DNA from: Eremomyces bilateralis CBS 781.70
Lineage: Eukaryota
DNA: 64,000 nt
NCBI GenBank assembly: GCA_010015585.1
Contig: ML975165.1
Direction: 5' to 3' (one strand)
How positions within the stretch are numbered: the first letter of the stretch is position 1; every line of letters starts with the position of its first letter. The translations under genes and the position numbers were made by a program. The notes under the pieces were generated by a model. It was given only the letters and a program-made list of their open reading frames with translations, made no database searches and was not told where the DNA came from. Below, one piece after another: positions 38,013-48,946 of the stretch.

Positions 38013-41000
38013 TTAAGCCAGTTCATCTTCCGAACCAGAGAACTGCGGGAGTCTTGTTTTGCGTCTTGAATGACCACGAGTGATGGGGACGGGAGGGATA
38101 TATTTCGGTGAGGGAGGCTCCAGTTCAACTTCCATAGATTCGGATCGGACATGCAAGGCGCTGGACGGTTGAGGGGCCTCTGATCGGAACAGCCTGTTTT
38201 CTTCGTCCTCGTGCGGGATATCCGGCACGTTCTCGACCTTGTCAGATAATTCATCGAAGGGGTTGTCATTGATCTCAACGTAATCCATTGCGCCGTCCAA
38301 TGACGCGTACTTGAGGTTGCTAATGCCTTTGCGCATCCGAGATTGTACCGGTTGAAGAGCCCGTCGCGGACTAGATACCGTTCGTGCGGAATCATCGCAC
38401 ACTGCCGAAAGATTTTGAGATGCCGTGGTCGCGTTCGCCCAATCACTGATCTCGACACCTTCGTTCCGTTTAATGTCCGACGCATTCTTTTGATTAAACT
38501 GGGCCCACTTTTGATGCTGAAAGTCTGTCGCATCACTGGAACCGAGCGTATAGTATGGGTGTTGCGTGGCCGGCGAAATTAATTGGTGCTTGAACTGGTT
38601 GACCGAAGCCCTGTTGGAGAGAGGTGTGGCAGCGGAGACTTCGTCTGGCGTGTTGGGTGTCGATGGCGTTGCCGATGGTGTCTCTGTCGTATTGGAAGGG
38701 CGAGAAGCCGACGCAGAGCGTGATAAAGATTCTAGACTGGCCCGAATTGAGGGCTCTACAACCAATGCATCGACGCTATCTGGAGCAGGAGTTGGGTTCT
38801 GGGACAGAACACGAGGAACATCGGAAGTGTATGCTTCAGGGTCCTTTGGTGAAAGAATCGCGGCGATCTGATTTTTCATTGCTTGTTGGCCAAAGGTTGG
38901 AGGCAGCCCTTGCTCGTGAGGTACGTCATCGAATGCTCCTCGATGTCCGTGTTGGTGTATCTCGCTAGTCGGCGTAGGTAGTCGTCCATGGCGAGAGGGA
39001 TTTAAGGTGGAAGGATTAATCCCCTGATCAGCTCGTGGCTGAAGTACTGAGATCTTATTGCCCCCAAAACGAGATGGATCTACAGGAACGGAAAAGCGAC
39101 CTGTAGGTGGAAGATTCTTAGGAGCAGAGAGTAGATGGTTTGCTCCAACGTGCCCCTGCCACGGTTTACGAGAAATGTTAATGAATGCATTCCCCGGTCC
39201 GCCTTGCGATGAAGCACGAGAAGCCGGTCTGGAGACGGTCTCAGCAGCAGACACCGTTTGGAAAGAGGAAGCACGAGAAGCCGGTCTGGAGGTCTCAACA
39301 GCAGACTCCGTTTGCAAAGAGGAAGCAGTGCCCGGTCGTATGTAGGGAGAACATGGTATGCGATGAGTTCGCTGTTGGAGGTCGAAGTAATCAGTAGGGG
39401 TTGGGGCAGCGGCTGGCAGTCGAGGTGGTAGCAAATGAACCGGCGTTTTTCTCTGCGCCTCGAAGAATTGCGCCCGGCCAAATTCTTGATGATAAGAACT
39501 GTATGCGGTGGCATCACCCATACGTAGATCCGGAGCGAAAGGGTCCTTTGTTTCGCGTGACAGTATCAGGCGTGGGTCGGGGCCGGGCAGGCTATGGACC
39601 AGCGGAGAGAGCTTCGGTACGATCTTTCGCTCCCATGGTTTCCGTGGCTGCGTTGCCAGGAATTCGGGATCACATTGGGAGAATAGCACAGCGATATCCT
39701 CACTACGCGACAGCTGGTCCACAAGTCCTGCATCTAGGTTCTCGCCGTCCGCGCCCATTTTCTCTGATTCAATAGGAACTGTAAGTGTGCCCGGAAACGT
39801 CGATACGGATGCCCAGGCGCCGCCATCCGGATGATCCTTCATGGGACAGAATTGGTGGGCGACCCAATATCCTCGCACTTCCTTGTATGGCTGATCTTGG
39901 TGATCCATGTAGCCATAGAATGGCGGGTTCATGATAATAGAGGAGGGTACATAGGCTGCAAAGGGGTCCACGACGGGCTCCGGTGGTAGCAGCGCAAAAG
40001 AAGGGGGGTGTTTCAGTGCCGGTTCCTGCATATACGCTCGGTCGTCGTGTTCATTGGCCGCTGACTCCGATATCTTCGAGCCCGGGTGTTGCCAGTTCGT
40101 AGCCCCAGTAACCGTAACTTTCACATAACATGGCACCTCCAATGAAGGATACCCCGGCTTGGAGTAGATTGAGAAATACGACAAAGACTTTGGCTTGCGT
40201 GGTATCTTCCAGATCAAATCGAACATTTTGTCTTGTAGCTCCTTTCGGAAAACGCATGTTCGTGAAGCTTGGGCATCCCTTTCATGTTGTCGTCTCTCGG
40301 CAAGCAGCTCGGCCTGGGCGCCCTCCTCATCTGCACGGCCCCGTTTCTCTCTCCAGTCGTCCGAGCGGATCTTCGTGTAATAATGGTATTGGATTTGGTT
40401 AAGGTTCTTGTCCGTGAAATACGATGCAATATCATGCCACCCAAAGTTGCAATGGTCTCGTAAGTGAGAAATGAGCTCCTCATCCTTGGGTGTGAACGGC
40501 AGAAGCTTCCGAGGACGCTTAACATTTTGAGGATAGCGAGATCGGGCCACAAAGTTCAAATCGAATATGCCAAACGGATCGTAGCTATCTGCAACATCCT
40601 TCCAGGAATCGCAGTGATCGGGTGGTTCGTAGTCATCAATCGAGTCATCCGCGGCATCGTACTCCAGCTCCTCAGAATCGTAATCGTTCCGCTTTCGTTT
40701 CTCTGGACGACTGAATGTCCACACTGAAGGATTCTTCTTCGCCTTCAGTGGTGGCACTGCAAGCTGGCTCTGCTGCATCTGGAGAGCGGCCCTTAGAATT
40801 GACTTCTGCTTCTTTTGCCGCTCATCCGATGGAAGTTGGGCAATGAAGTTAGATACTTGGGATACCAGCGTCTTCGCGTAGCGTTGTAAATATGAGCCAT
40901 CAAGTGGCTTATCTTGAGGGGAATGATGCTGGGTGACAGGACTTGAATACCTCTCTATCGGAGGTGCATCTTTCCAATCCACAGGCCCTTGGATCACGTC

Positions 41001-41675
41001 GCTGTTTGGCTCGTCTAATGCTGGATCGAGAGGGATCGTATTCGACGCTTCGGCGGATTGGGAGGGCCACAATTCGAAATGGTCAACGTCGGCACTGTCG
41101 TTCGGAGGTGTATCTTGGCCAGGAGCGCCGGTTTGTATTCGTGTCTGCCTCAATATCGCTTCGACCGAGTGAGCGTATGCTTCGGCCGCAGCGTTTCCCT
41201 CGTCGCCAACATCCTGAAAGCGAAATGTCAGTGAAAGCGTGCAGTTGACGGATGTAGATCTCCCCACCGTCCTCAAATCCTCCCCGTTCTCATCCACCAG
41301 CTCATCTACCAGCTCATATTCGCTACTCTCCTCTTCATCGCCACTGTCGTCTTCACCGCCAGTGTCGATTTCATCCTCCCGAAATTGTTCTGCAAAACTT
41401 CTTAGAAATGCAACAGCATCGTCTTCCTCATCTGCAGCGCCCACGTCGTTCTCATCTCGCATGTGGGAGAGGTGGCCATTGTCGACGACAATCTGGCCAG
41501 TCCGTAGGTCAATCTCATCGCCGACTGCACTAAAGTCCCGGGAATATTTAAGAATAATGGACTCGAATGCAGACTTGAGTCGGTGATCGTTCCGGCGCCG
41601 GTCATGCTCGAGGTTGTCAGTACCTGTTTCGTCCGGATCTTGAGACGTTCGGCGCCTCTTCAATGGCCTCTCCAT
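38013..41675 (-). CDS. SCM3: Scm3 (CENP-A chaperone, HJURP-like) domain protein with a Myb-like segment; probable 54-nt intron 41214-41267
   Basis: Scm3 core RRRNDHRLKSAFESIILKYSRDFSAVGDEIDLRTGQIVVDNGHL; Myb-like PFTPKDEELISHLRDHCNFGWHDIASYF; C-terminal SEDELA. Confidence 0.82.
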   Translation of the reverse strand: MERPLKRRRTSQDPDETGTDNLEHDRRRNDHRLKSAFESIILKYSRDFSAVGDEIDLRTGQIVVDNGHLSHMRDENDVGAADEEDDAVAFLRSFAEQFREDEIDTGGEDDSGDEEESSEYELVDELVDENGEDLRTVGRSTSVNCTLSLTFRFQDVGDEGNAAAEAYAHSVEAILRQTRIQTGAPGQDTPPNDSADVDHFELWPSQSAEASNTIPLDPALDEPNSDVIQGPVDWKDAPPIERYSSPVTQHHSPQDKPLDGSYLQRYAKTLVSQVSNFIAQLPSDERQKKQKSILRAALQMQQSQLAVPPLKAKKNPSVWTFSRPEKRKRNDYDSEELEYDAADDSIDDYEPPDHCDSWKDVADSYDPFGIFDLNFVARSRYPQNVKRPRKLLPFTPKDEELISHLRDHCNFGWHDIASYFTDKNLNQIQYHYYTKIRSDDWREKRGRADEEGAQAELLAERRQHERDAQASRTCVFRKELQDKMFDLIWKIPRKPKSLSYFSIYSKPGYPSLEVPCYVKVTVTGATNWQHPGSKISESAANEHDDRAYMQEPALKHPPSFALLPPEPVVDPFAAYVPSSIIMNPPFYGYMDHQDQPYKEVRGYWVAHQFCPMKDHPDGGAWASVSTFPGTLTVPIESEKMGADGENLDAGLVDQLSRSEDIAVLFSQCDPEFLATQPRKPWERKIVPKLSPLVHSLPGPDPRLILSRETKDPFAPDLRMGDATAYSSYHQEFGRAQFFEAQRKTPVHLLPPRLPAAAPTPTDYFDLQQRTHRIPCSPYIRPGTASSLQTESAVETSRPASRASSFQTVSAAETVSRPASRASSQGGPGNAFINISRKPWQGHVGANHLLSAPKNLPPTGRFSVPVDPSRFGGNKISVLQPRADQGINPSTLNPSRHGRLPTPTSEIHQHGHRGAFDDVPHEQGLPPTFGQQAMKNQIAAILSPKDPEAYTSDVPRVLSQNPTPAPDSVDALVVEPSIRASLESLSRSASASRPSNTTETPSATPSTPNTPDEVSAATPLSNRASVNQFKHQLISPATQHPYYTLGSSDATDFQHQKWAQFNQKNASDIKRNEGVEISDWANATTASQNLSAVCDDSARTVSSPRRALQPVQSRMRKGISNLKYASLDGAMDYVEINDNPFDELSDKVENVPDIPHEDEENRLFRSEAPQPSSALHVRSESMEVELEPPSPKYIPPVPITRGHSRRKTRLPQFSGSEDELA
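39211..39328 (-). repeat. Imperfect tandem duplication (about 54-57 nt units) inside the Scm3 CDS
   Basis: gaagcacgagaagccggtctggag...cagcagac.ccgtttg.aaagag occurs twice plus a partial copy; protein reads ASSLQTESAVETSRPASR / ASSFQTVSAAETVSRPASR / ASS. Confidence 0.9.
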
Positions 41676-41790
41676 CGCCTCAAAATGCGGATTGAAGGTG
41701 AAGGTGGGGCGGGAGCATCGAAGGGGATGTTTAGGGTGGTGTTTAGTTGGTGTTTAGACTGGAGGGAGTGAGGTCTGGAGGTGGAAGCGG

Positions 41791-41819
41791 AACGCGTTCA
41801 TGGATTCACTGGTCGCGAC
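41791..41819. promoter_or_regulatory. MCB-like elements (AACGCGTT, GTCGCGAC) about 120-140 bp upstream of SCM3
   Basis: Exact ACGCGT at 41792-41797 plus a second CGCG core; function inferred from the yeast MBF consensus. Confidence 0.4.
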
Positions 41820-42303
41820 TGCTAAATGGAGTGACACCCCTGCATGTACCCAACCCCACGCCACGTGACATGGACGTGTTTACAAGTACATCCTGCGGCC
41901 TTATCGCCTCGAAATATATTAAGGCATGAACCCAACCTCGTGCTCACTGCTCAACAGCGTAACACAAATCCCTGCAGTCCATGTCTACTACATATTAGTA
42001 CACCTTCTGATCCGTGTGAGATGAAGGCAACACTGAATCCATCACCTGCTGGCCGAGCAAATAATTAACACTTGAACACTCACAGTGAGGAAATGGGCAG
42101 GATTCACAAACCCAAAGTAATGCCTTCTTGATGATATGATATGGATTTGCCCCATTTCTCAATGAAGCCCAGCAGCTGATGATGATATCCCATTTCCCTC
42201 TCTAATATTGCCTTTTGCCGGCGACAAATTCTTTATTAGAGGTCATTTATGATTTACCATCTGAACCGACCAATAACTTTGTGAACTGCTTGTCTCAAGC
42301 ATC

Positions 42304-43845
42304 ATGTATTGCCAAAAGTGCCGCTGTCCACTTAGGCCGGATGACACGTTGGCAAACCTAAATCCAGCGTCGTTCAAGCTACTTGCCGGTACGCTCCGCA
42401 TACGTCTTACACGGAGACATACTGACCATGAGATAGAGGCAAGCGGAGAGCTAACGACCTCGACAACCGCCGGCCCCGCAACTGGTACTGGGGCGGGCAT
42501 CACGCTAGATCGCCATGAGCACTACGTCAAGGCCTCAAAGGATGCAAGAACGCCGGCTTTCAAAAGAGCAGTGACGTCGAAGCCAAGCTATGGAGGATCC
42601 CAAAATCTACCAGGGATGGCAAGGAATAATCCCGCAATGTCTTTCGTTATGCTATCCGACTCTCAGGTGGCGCCTCCTGCGGATGTCAGTGATATGGGAA
42701 GATCTCCTAGGGGTCCCACAAGACGTCCAGTCGATCCGGCGGCGGATCAAGCTCACTTACTCTCAAGCCAAATGAGCACAACCGATCGGTTATTTGAGAT
42801 TCTTTCGGCACGCTCCGACATCGATCACCCGATTTGCGTAGAATGTACCGAAGTGCTCATTGAAGGCTTGCAGCAAAAGTTGGCGACCGCAACGAAGGAG
42901 CGGGACGCCTACGTCGATTTTTTACGACAGGCCAACGCCGATGTCCCATCGGAAGAGGAGCAAAGGCAGGCTCACGCAGAGTTGAAAGCTGCTCAAGACC
43001 GAGAAGAGGCGGCCTTCACGGAATTGGAGGGGTTGGAGCACAAGAAAGCAGAACTCGATGAAAAAATCCTCGCATTGGAACTAGAGGGACAGGAGCTAGA
43101 TCTCGAAGAGCACGAATTCTGGGCTGAGAGAAACGCATTCGCCGATAAACTGTCAGCGTTCCAAAACGAAAAGGATCGAATCAACAATAAACTTGATCAC
43201 GATACCAAGCAGCTTCACAAGCTGCAACGGACCAGCGTATACAACGACACGTTTTGCATCGGCCACGATGGCTATTTCGGCACTATCAACGGTTTACGCC
43301 TCGGACGCCTTCCTGACAAATCCGTCGAATGGCCGGAGATCAACGCTGCCTGGGGTCAGACTTGCTTATTGCTTGTCACGGTTGCAGAGCGGCTTGGCTA
43401 CTCGTTTAAAGGATATCGCATCTGTCCCATGGGATCCCATTCCATCATCGAGCGCATCGAATATCCTCAAACGCGGTCAAACGCCGAACAATCGCACGCA
43501 TCGAAGCCGAAGGTCACCCACCTCGATCTCTTCTGCACCGGAGATGCTCCATTAGGTCTGACGCTCTTCCATCGACGGTTCGACACTGCCATGGTTGCCT
43601 TTTTGGAATGCTTACGGCAACTGGGCGATTTCGTGGAGAGCGGTCAAGCACGACGACCGTCTGGCAGTTCCGTTCAGGCCATGAAGCTGCCGTACAAGAT
43701 CGAGAAGGACCGGATCAATGACGCAAGCATCAAACTGGGGGGGTTCAATCAAGAGGAGTCGTGGACAAAAGCGTGCAAGTTCACGCTAATTTGTTGCAAG
43801 TATCTACTAGCTCATGCTAGTCAGATGTCAACTCAGCCCGTATGA
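42304..43845 (+). CDS. ATG6: Atg6/Vps30/Beclin-1 autophagy protein; probable 48-nt intron 42389-42436
   Basis: MYCQKCR; ILSARSDIDHPICVEC; coiled coil; VYNDTFCIGHDGYFGTINGLRLGRL; VEWPEINAAWGQ; WTKACKFTLICCKYLLA. Confidence 0.96.
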   Translation: MYCQKCRCPLRPDDTLANLNPASFKLLAGTLRIRLTRRHTDHEIEASGELTTSTTAGPATGTGAGITLDRHEHYVKASKDARTPAFKRAVTSKPSYGGSQNLPGMARNNPAMSFVMLSDSQVAPPADVSDMGRSPRGPTRRPVDPAADQAHLLSSQMSTTDRLFEILSARSDIDHPICVECTEVLIEGLQQKLATATKERDAYVDFLRQANADVPSEEEQRQAHAELKAAQDREEAAFTELEGLEHKKAELDEKILALELEGQELDLEEHEFWAERNAFADKLSAFQNEKDRINNKLDHDTKQLHKLQRTSVYNDTFCIGHDGYFGTINGLRLGRLPDKSVEWPEINAAWGQTCLLLVTVAERLGYSFKGYRICPMGSHSIIERIEYPQTRSNAEQSHASKPKVTHLDLFCTGDAPLGLTLFHRRFDTAMVAFLECLRQLGDFVESGQARRPSGSSVQAMKLPYKIEKDRINDASIKLGGFNQEESWTKACKFTLICCKYLLAHASQMSTQPV

Positions 43846-44837
43846 TGGATAGGAACCAACGATATTGGTTCTTCCGTACGCAAATACACGCATATCACGT
43901 GATATATAACCACATGTCATTCACTGTTGATCGGGTTTCATATCTGCGTGCACGGCTAATACCGTATCTACCAGAGAATCCGGTGTTGGAGAAAGGGAGG
44001 ATGGCTGTGCGCCTATCCGTGTTGCTCTGAAAAGGCTCGGGGCGAGCCATAGGACCCTGCATGGTGCATTAGTGCCTAATATCTGTACGGCATGGATATC
44101 CGCTTTCAGGAGCTCTATGAGGCAGAAGGTGATTTGTCGCCTTGTCAGCTATGGATAGACTTCTTCGATACGATTCGTGGACTGCTCCACAGTACCTCCA
44201 TGTGCAGAATGCTGTTAGGTCCGGAGGGTTAATTCAAGGCCTGCTTCTCCAAAATGTTAGTATCATGCCAACTGCCTTTAGGTAGGAGTGTCGGCACTGT
44301 TGGCTAAGATGTTAAATTCTCTGTCGCCCAAACTAGCCTATCTTACGGATCTCATCAGCGCCAAAATTGCTGGAAACAATATCTTGATGAAACATTTGAA
44401 TTTATTGACAGCGGAAGAGTAATGAGATGAACAGTTACCGGTTCGAGATGAACGGCATTCAGAACAGACGACCACCCTCCATCAGCACTTTACGATGATG
44501 CTGCTTGCCAGGATGGCCGTCACGATTTCATGCAGCCCACCCAGCCCGAGATACCACGAATCAGACACTCCGAGAATGCTCAGTGGTTACTTCAATGCAA
44601 TGACAGTTCCGTATATCGCTTGTCCTTGGCTGATCGCCATTGGGGGAGAGGAGCGGCGTTCTCGCTCATCTCAACGTTCGGAGGCTGGCTCTGAGTTATC
44701 TATCGTCCATGGTTCACATACTTAACAACCTATTCAGCCGTCGTCACAATCCATGAGATGGACCCTCCGGCTATTCTTCTTTCTGGACACGAATACAACT
44801 CGACTACTAGTTCAGGACCTTGCTACCGGCACACCAG

Positions 44838-45813
44838 ATGGCCAGTTCAACTCCACAAACCCAGACGATGGGTCTCGCGCCTTTGAGTAGTCAAGGGAGT
44901 CACCCCTTCCCCGACTTCTCTGCGGCGCGTAGAGAAGCTGCATTTTTCATGGTGAATACTCCTCCAGAAGCCATTTTCCCCTCGCGGATGGAGGCCGTCC
45001 TTGAAATTGTGCTTCGCAAAAGTGACGAACATCTCCACGCGGAGCGCGAACTGCGAAGGCTAGAACGGCAGCCGACAGACAGGCATGAAATGGATGTCAG
45101 ACAAAAGCAAATGGAAGTGGAAAGTCGCCTTGCAGTATATTGTATGACCTCTTTCTCCTCATCTTGACACTGTTTGGTCTGATATTGGCAGTGGACTGGC
45201 TCCATCGAGCAAAACGAATCATGGAGATGCCGCAACCCCTTAGCCTCGATCATCGAGAGCTGCAAAATAACATATTTAAGTCTGTCGAAGGGCAGCAATA
45301 CATGCGATGGCAATCTCAAGATGGATGGGGGTCTCCCGACGATCGAACCGGCCACCGGCAAGACCTCGTCACGATTCAAGGGAGGTCCCGAGAAAGTATA
45401 TGGGCCAACTTGGCTGTTGGTCCGTTCCTCAGATGGTTCAACCGACTCCTCGGACGCAGAGACGTTCCGTATGATGAGAATGCTGTGCTTTTGGTCAGTG
45501 AGCGGGTTGCTGTTGTGCTTGGAGGCATCTGCCTGACCGGCTCAATCACCGTGCTGTACAATCTTGACTCAATGTGGTTCCGACTCTGGTGTATCAACGT
45601 TTTCACAGTGATATTCGCCGCCGTCTTGTGCATTATCTCTTCGGAACCGGCAAGCAAGACATTCGTTGGACTCTGCGGGTACGTGAAAGGCCATCCTTTT
45701 CTCCCCTGATTTCCGTGCGGTTTGTCTCAACAAGGCTGACTTCTCCAACTCTTACTAGATTTGCGGCTGTACAAGTCGTCTTTATCAGTGGCATTGAGGA
45801 CACATCATCCTAA
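44838..45813 (+). CDS. DUF6594-like fungal protein with three C-terminal TM helices (exons 44838-45141, 45192-45678, 45759-45813)
   Basis: Two canonical introns join three separate ORF-track fragments in frame. The C-terminus (ITVLYNLDSMWFRLWCINVFTVIFAAVL...FVGLCGFAAVQVVFIS) resembles the DUF6594 ending AAFAAVQVVFV. Confidence 0.72.
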
Positions 45814-48800
45814 GCCAGTCTCGGCTCGAGCGGAATTATTATTCCTAATGTTGCCGTCCGCGGAATGGGTTTCCCGCGGACCTAGGGGCTCTTTGTGCTT
45901 TTCTGATCTCTCTTTCGACATAAAAACTAGCGGCTGCCCCCGGACGGCACTTTTAGACGACATGAACGTCATCTCTCTGGAAACCTGCCGCAAATTCCCT
46001 AGATTAGCAATATTTTCTTTTGTTCGAGCTCATGAACCTACCAATGAACATTTTATTTCAGTCTAGGATGCTACATCTATGTCCGGACATGCTCGGAGCA
46101 TTCTTGAATACTCATTTCAAATGTGTACGACCCCGGACACGCTATGGGCAGCAGAGCCTCAACTCGTGGACAACAATGGCGTATCTCCGGCGTAGCAAAC
46201 ATGATGACACGACCTTACTGTCATTCCTATTCAGGATTTTGGCTCCAGGGGCAATTAATAACTCCTACACTGGCCTCCTCGTTTTAGATGACATTCTCTA
46301 CAACGGTGTGGAAGTACCACAGGTTCAGCCTCGACGTACCTCGAAGTCCATCTCGTGGGTCACAAACTATTATTAGTGGAAGCGAAACGGAAGTGGCATC
46401 CTATATTTTTGGGACCCAAGAAGAGGAGGGTTGGTCGGTGAAGCATTTGTACTCTCTCCGTACCCGAACGCATCCCATAACCATACCTGGTCGCTCATGG
46501 AACGATCTGCCTGGAACAACCACGAAATACAACGGCCTGGTCCTCAGGGGTATATTTCGGGTGTGACGGAGGAACCGTGCGAATGGGACACAAGTAGCTA
46601 GTGGCTCTCGTGGCCGAATCGCCATCTAAATACATCCAACGTTCTTCCGTTGGGATTAGAGTGCTCGATACCGCTTAGAATCGCCGGTCAAGCCAATTCC
46701 TTGGTTCCACAATGTTTCGTTGTTCTGCTTTTTTGTCTACGTCTCCGAAAGCAACGACGCTATCGAGTGATGTAACGTGTAGTTCGATGCTAGTCGCGGT
46801 GGGCTAGACTCTGATCTGGTCTATACGACGTCAGTGCGATGGCTCTTCTGCCGTTGAGACTGCTTCATGACCCATACTAGTCACTGGATTCCTTGTCTAA
46901 CCAGTCGGATCAGTCCCGACTAGGAACAATGAAAGTCAGTATGCCGGATACCAACACTGAACACGATGATGCGATGCTGAACAACGCTCGATTCCAGACA
47001 ATGGTGGACTCGAGAGTGCCTCCTCAATGCGTGTTGGGGTTGTCGGTGATCAGCGGGGAATCCTTTCATGTTGTGTTGTACCTAACCACTAGTCAGTAAT
47101 CACCGACTTTCTGTGTCGAGAGGAAGCTCACTGGCTATCACATCGGTGCACTGGATCCTATAAGTATGAGTAATAGCCCCCCTTTTTTTCCTTTGTCTTT
47201 GATATACGGCATACTTCCCCCCCCTTTGAACGATTGACAGCACGATCTTGTCCCTTGATTAATGGCCAGGCAACGAGGCTGTGTCTATTTCACTCTCATA
47301 AATGGCTGGTACCCAGGAGAATGGGGCTCCCTCGCCCACTGCAAACCGCAGCAAGTCTGATGACTATGCACCGAATAAGCCAAAGAAGGCTCTCAACCCC
47401 TCGTGTCTTGGGGAATCTGATTCTGAAGATACCAAGCCTTGCCGACCCAAGCTCCCTATCAAGGCGGCTCATAATACGGTATGTGGACTCCGGCATGCCG
47501 ACAACATTCCAGAGTTCTAATGCTTGGAAGCGGTCCAACTAGGACATATTAATGGGCTCCGAAATGATCAGTAAATGGAACGGTATCTAAGTGGGCGTCT
47601 CCCCTGAAGCCATGTCATGGTAGAGTCTACTAGGAACCTTGCCTGGACACTGAAGCTGGATCCAAACCCGGGAACCCTTCTAGTCTTGCGAGAACTCAGG
47701 GGATAGCGGAGAAGGAGGCGGTGCTAAATAAAAGCGCTTACATCTGTTACACCGTGGAGGTCATCTCCTGCGGCCTTCCGTATCCCATTCTTTCGGGTCT
47801 CGGACCGATATTGGCAGCACCACATCACTTATAGCGTTAAGACCTTTTACATAGGCCGTTTCACTGCATCCCTATATCCAATGTGAACTCACTAATGTGG
47901 ACTGATGCTCCCGAGACCAGCTGTATATTAGGCCGTGAAGTAGCTCATAGAGCAAGGCGATGCCGACTACCTTCCAACGGCCTCCACCCCTGAAGGAGGG
48001 CGACACATGATAACAGAACACTCTTCTTCCATCTCCTCCCATGTTTCCCACCTGGTACTGAGGATGTCCAATGATCTTTTGTTGTCGATAGTTCTTGCCA
48101 ATTATGATTCTATGTTGTGTCCCTGAAGTCTGATGAATTCACCCTTCTGTAGCGAGGTACAGTGAATTACCAGTGGCACTATATATATCTTCAACAGTGA
48201 GATTTATCACTAGCGAGGCGCCATGGCTGTGGGATGGAGGGAGGCCGTCTCCCTGGTAATAATGATCAGTTTCATCGGTTGGAAGCCCGGCCACTCCGGT
48301 CGAGGCTACAGTATTTGGATCATGTTCCGGCCGCCTCTGGTAACGATGGTCTGTAGGGAAAAAACGGCTATTACACTACCGGGCTGTTTTTGTAGCGTTT
48401 CCGCATATGCGGGGCGTGAGTATTTTGCTCTTTTTACTTTTTGATTGAACGTTGAAAGTAGTCAGAGGACTTTCTCTCTACTGACTCCATATTAGGATCT
48501 CGTGTCACCGATCACGACAGTAGATCCGCAAGGTCAACCACTTCTAAGTTCCCTGGTTTAACTGACCTAGTGATTTTTGATGCGTCTGGCGCAGTGTTTG
48601 ATCTCATCAGATAAAGCCATGATATTTGACTCAGGCCCGACGTGGAGAGGATGACCGAGGAACCATCAAGTTCACTGATGTTATGAATTAGATTGCACTT
48701 AGCGGCTAGGTGATCTATTATAGCCAAACGAGACGCCAAACTTCGAACATCCAAAAGATACCTGGTCACAGTTCGCCTTCTTGTGTAGCCGGCTATCGGC

Positions 48801-48946
48801 CTGGTTCACGTCAACCAGTATTAGCTTCGCCAAACAGTGCCTCGCCCGAGTTGACAACGTATCCAATCGATTATATGCATCCATGACCCGAGGTCAACCA
48901 AATGTTTGCCCACCAATATAAATGTGTGGATATCGTCATCCAATGA

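Noticed and set aside
42179..42264. Possible C/D snoRNA (ATGATGA...CTGA) upstream of ATG6
   Set aside because: No terminal stem or convincing rRNA guide of 10 nt or more that I can identify; it lies in the likely promoter or 5' UTR.
44291..44310. tcggcactgttggctaagat resembles the 5' end of U2 snRNA
   Set aside because: The invariant branch-point recognition sequence GTGTAGTA does not follow; chance match.
46775..46810. GTTCGA T-loop-like motif suggesting a tRNA
   Set aside because: The T-stem pairs for only 3 bp and no cloverleaf can be built.
48355..48445. Hairpin, CCGCATATGCGG palindrome and T-runs resembling a Pol III ncRNA end
   Set aside because: No A/B box or known RNA family motif; consistent with chance or with PLB 3' flank.
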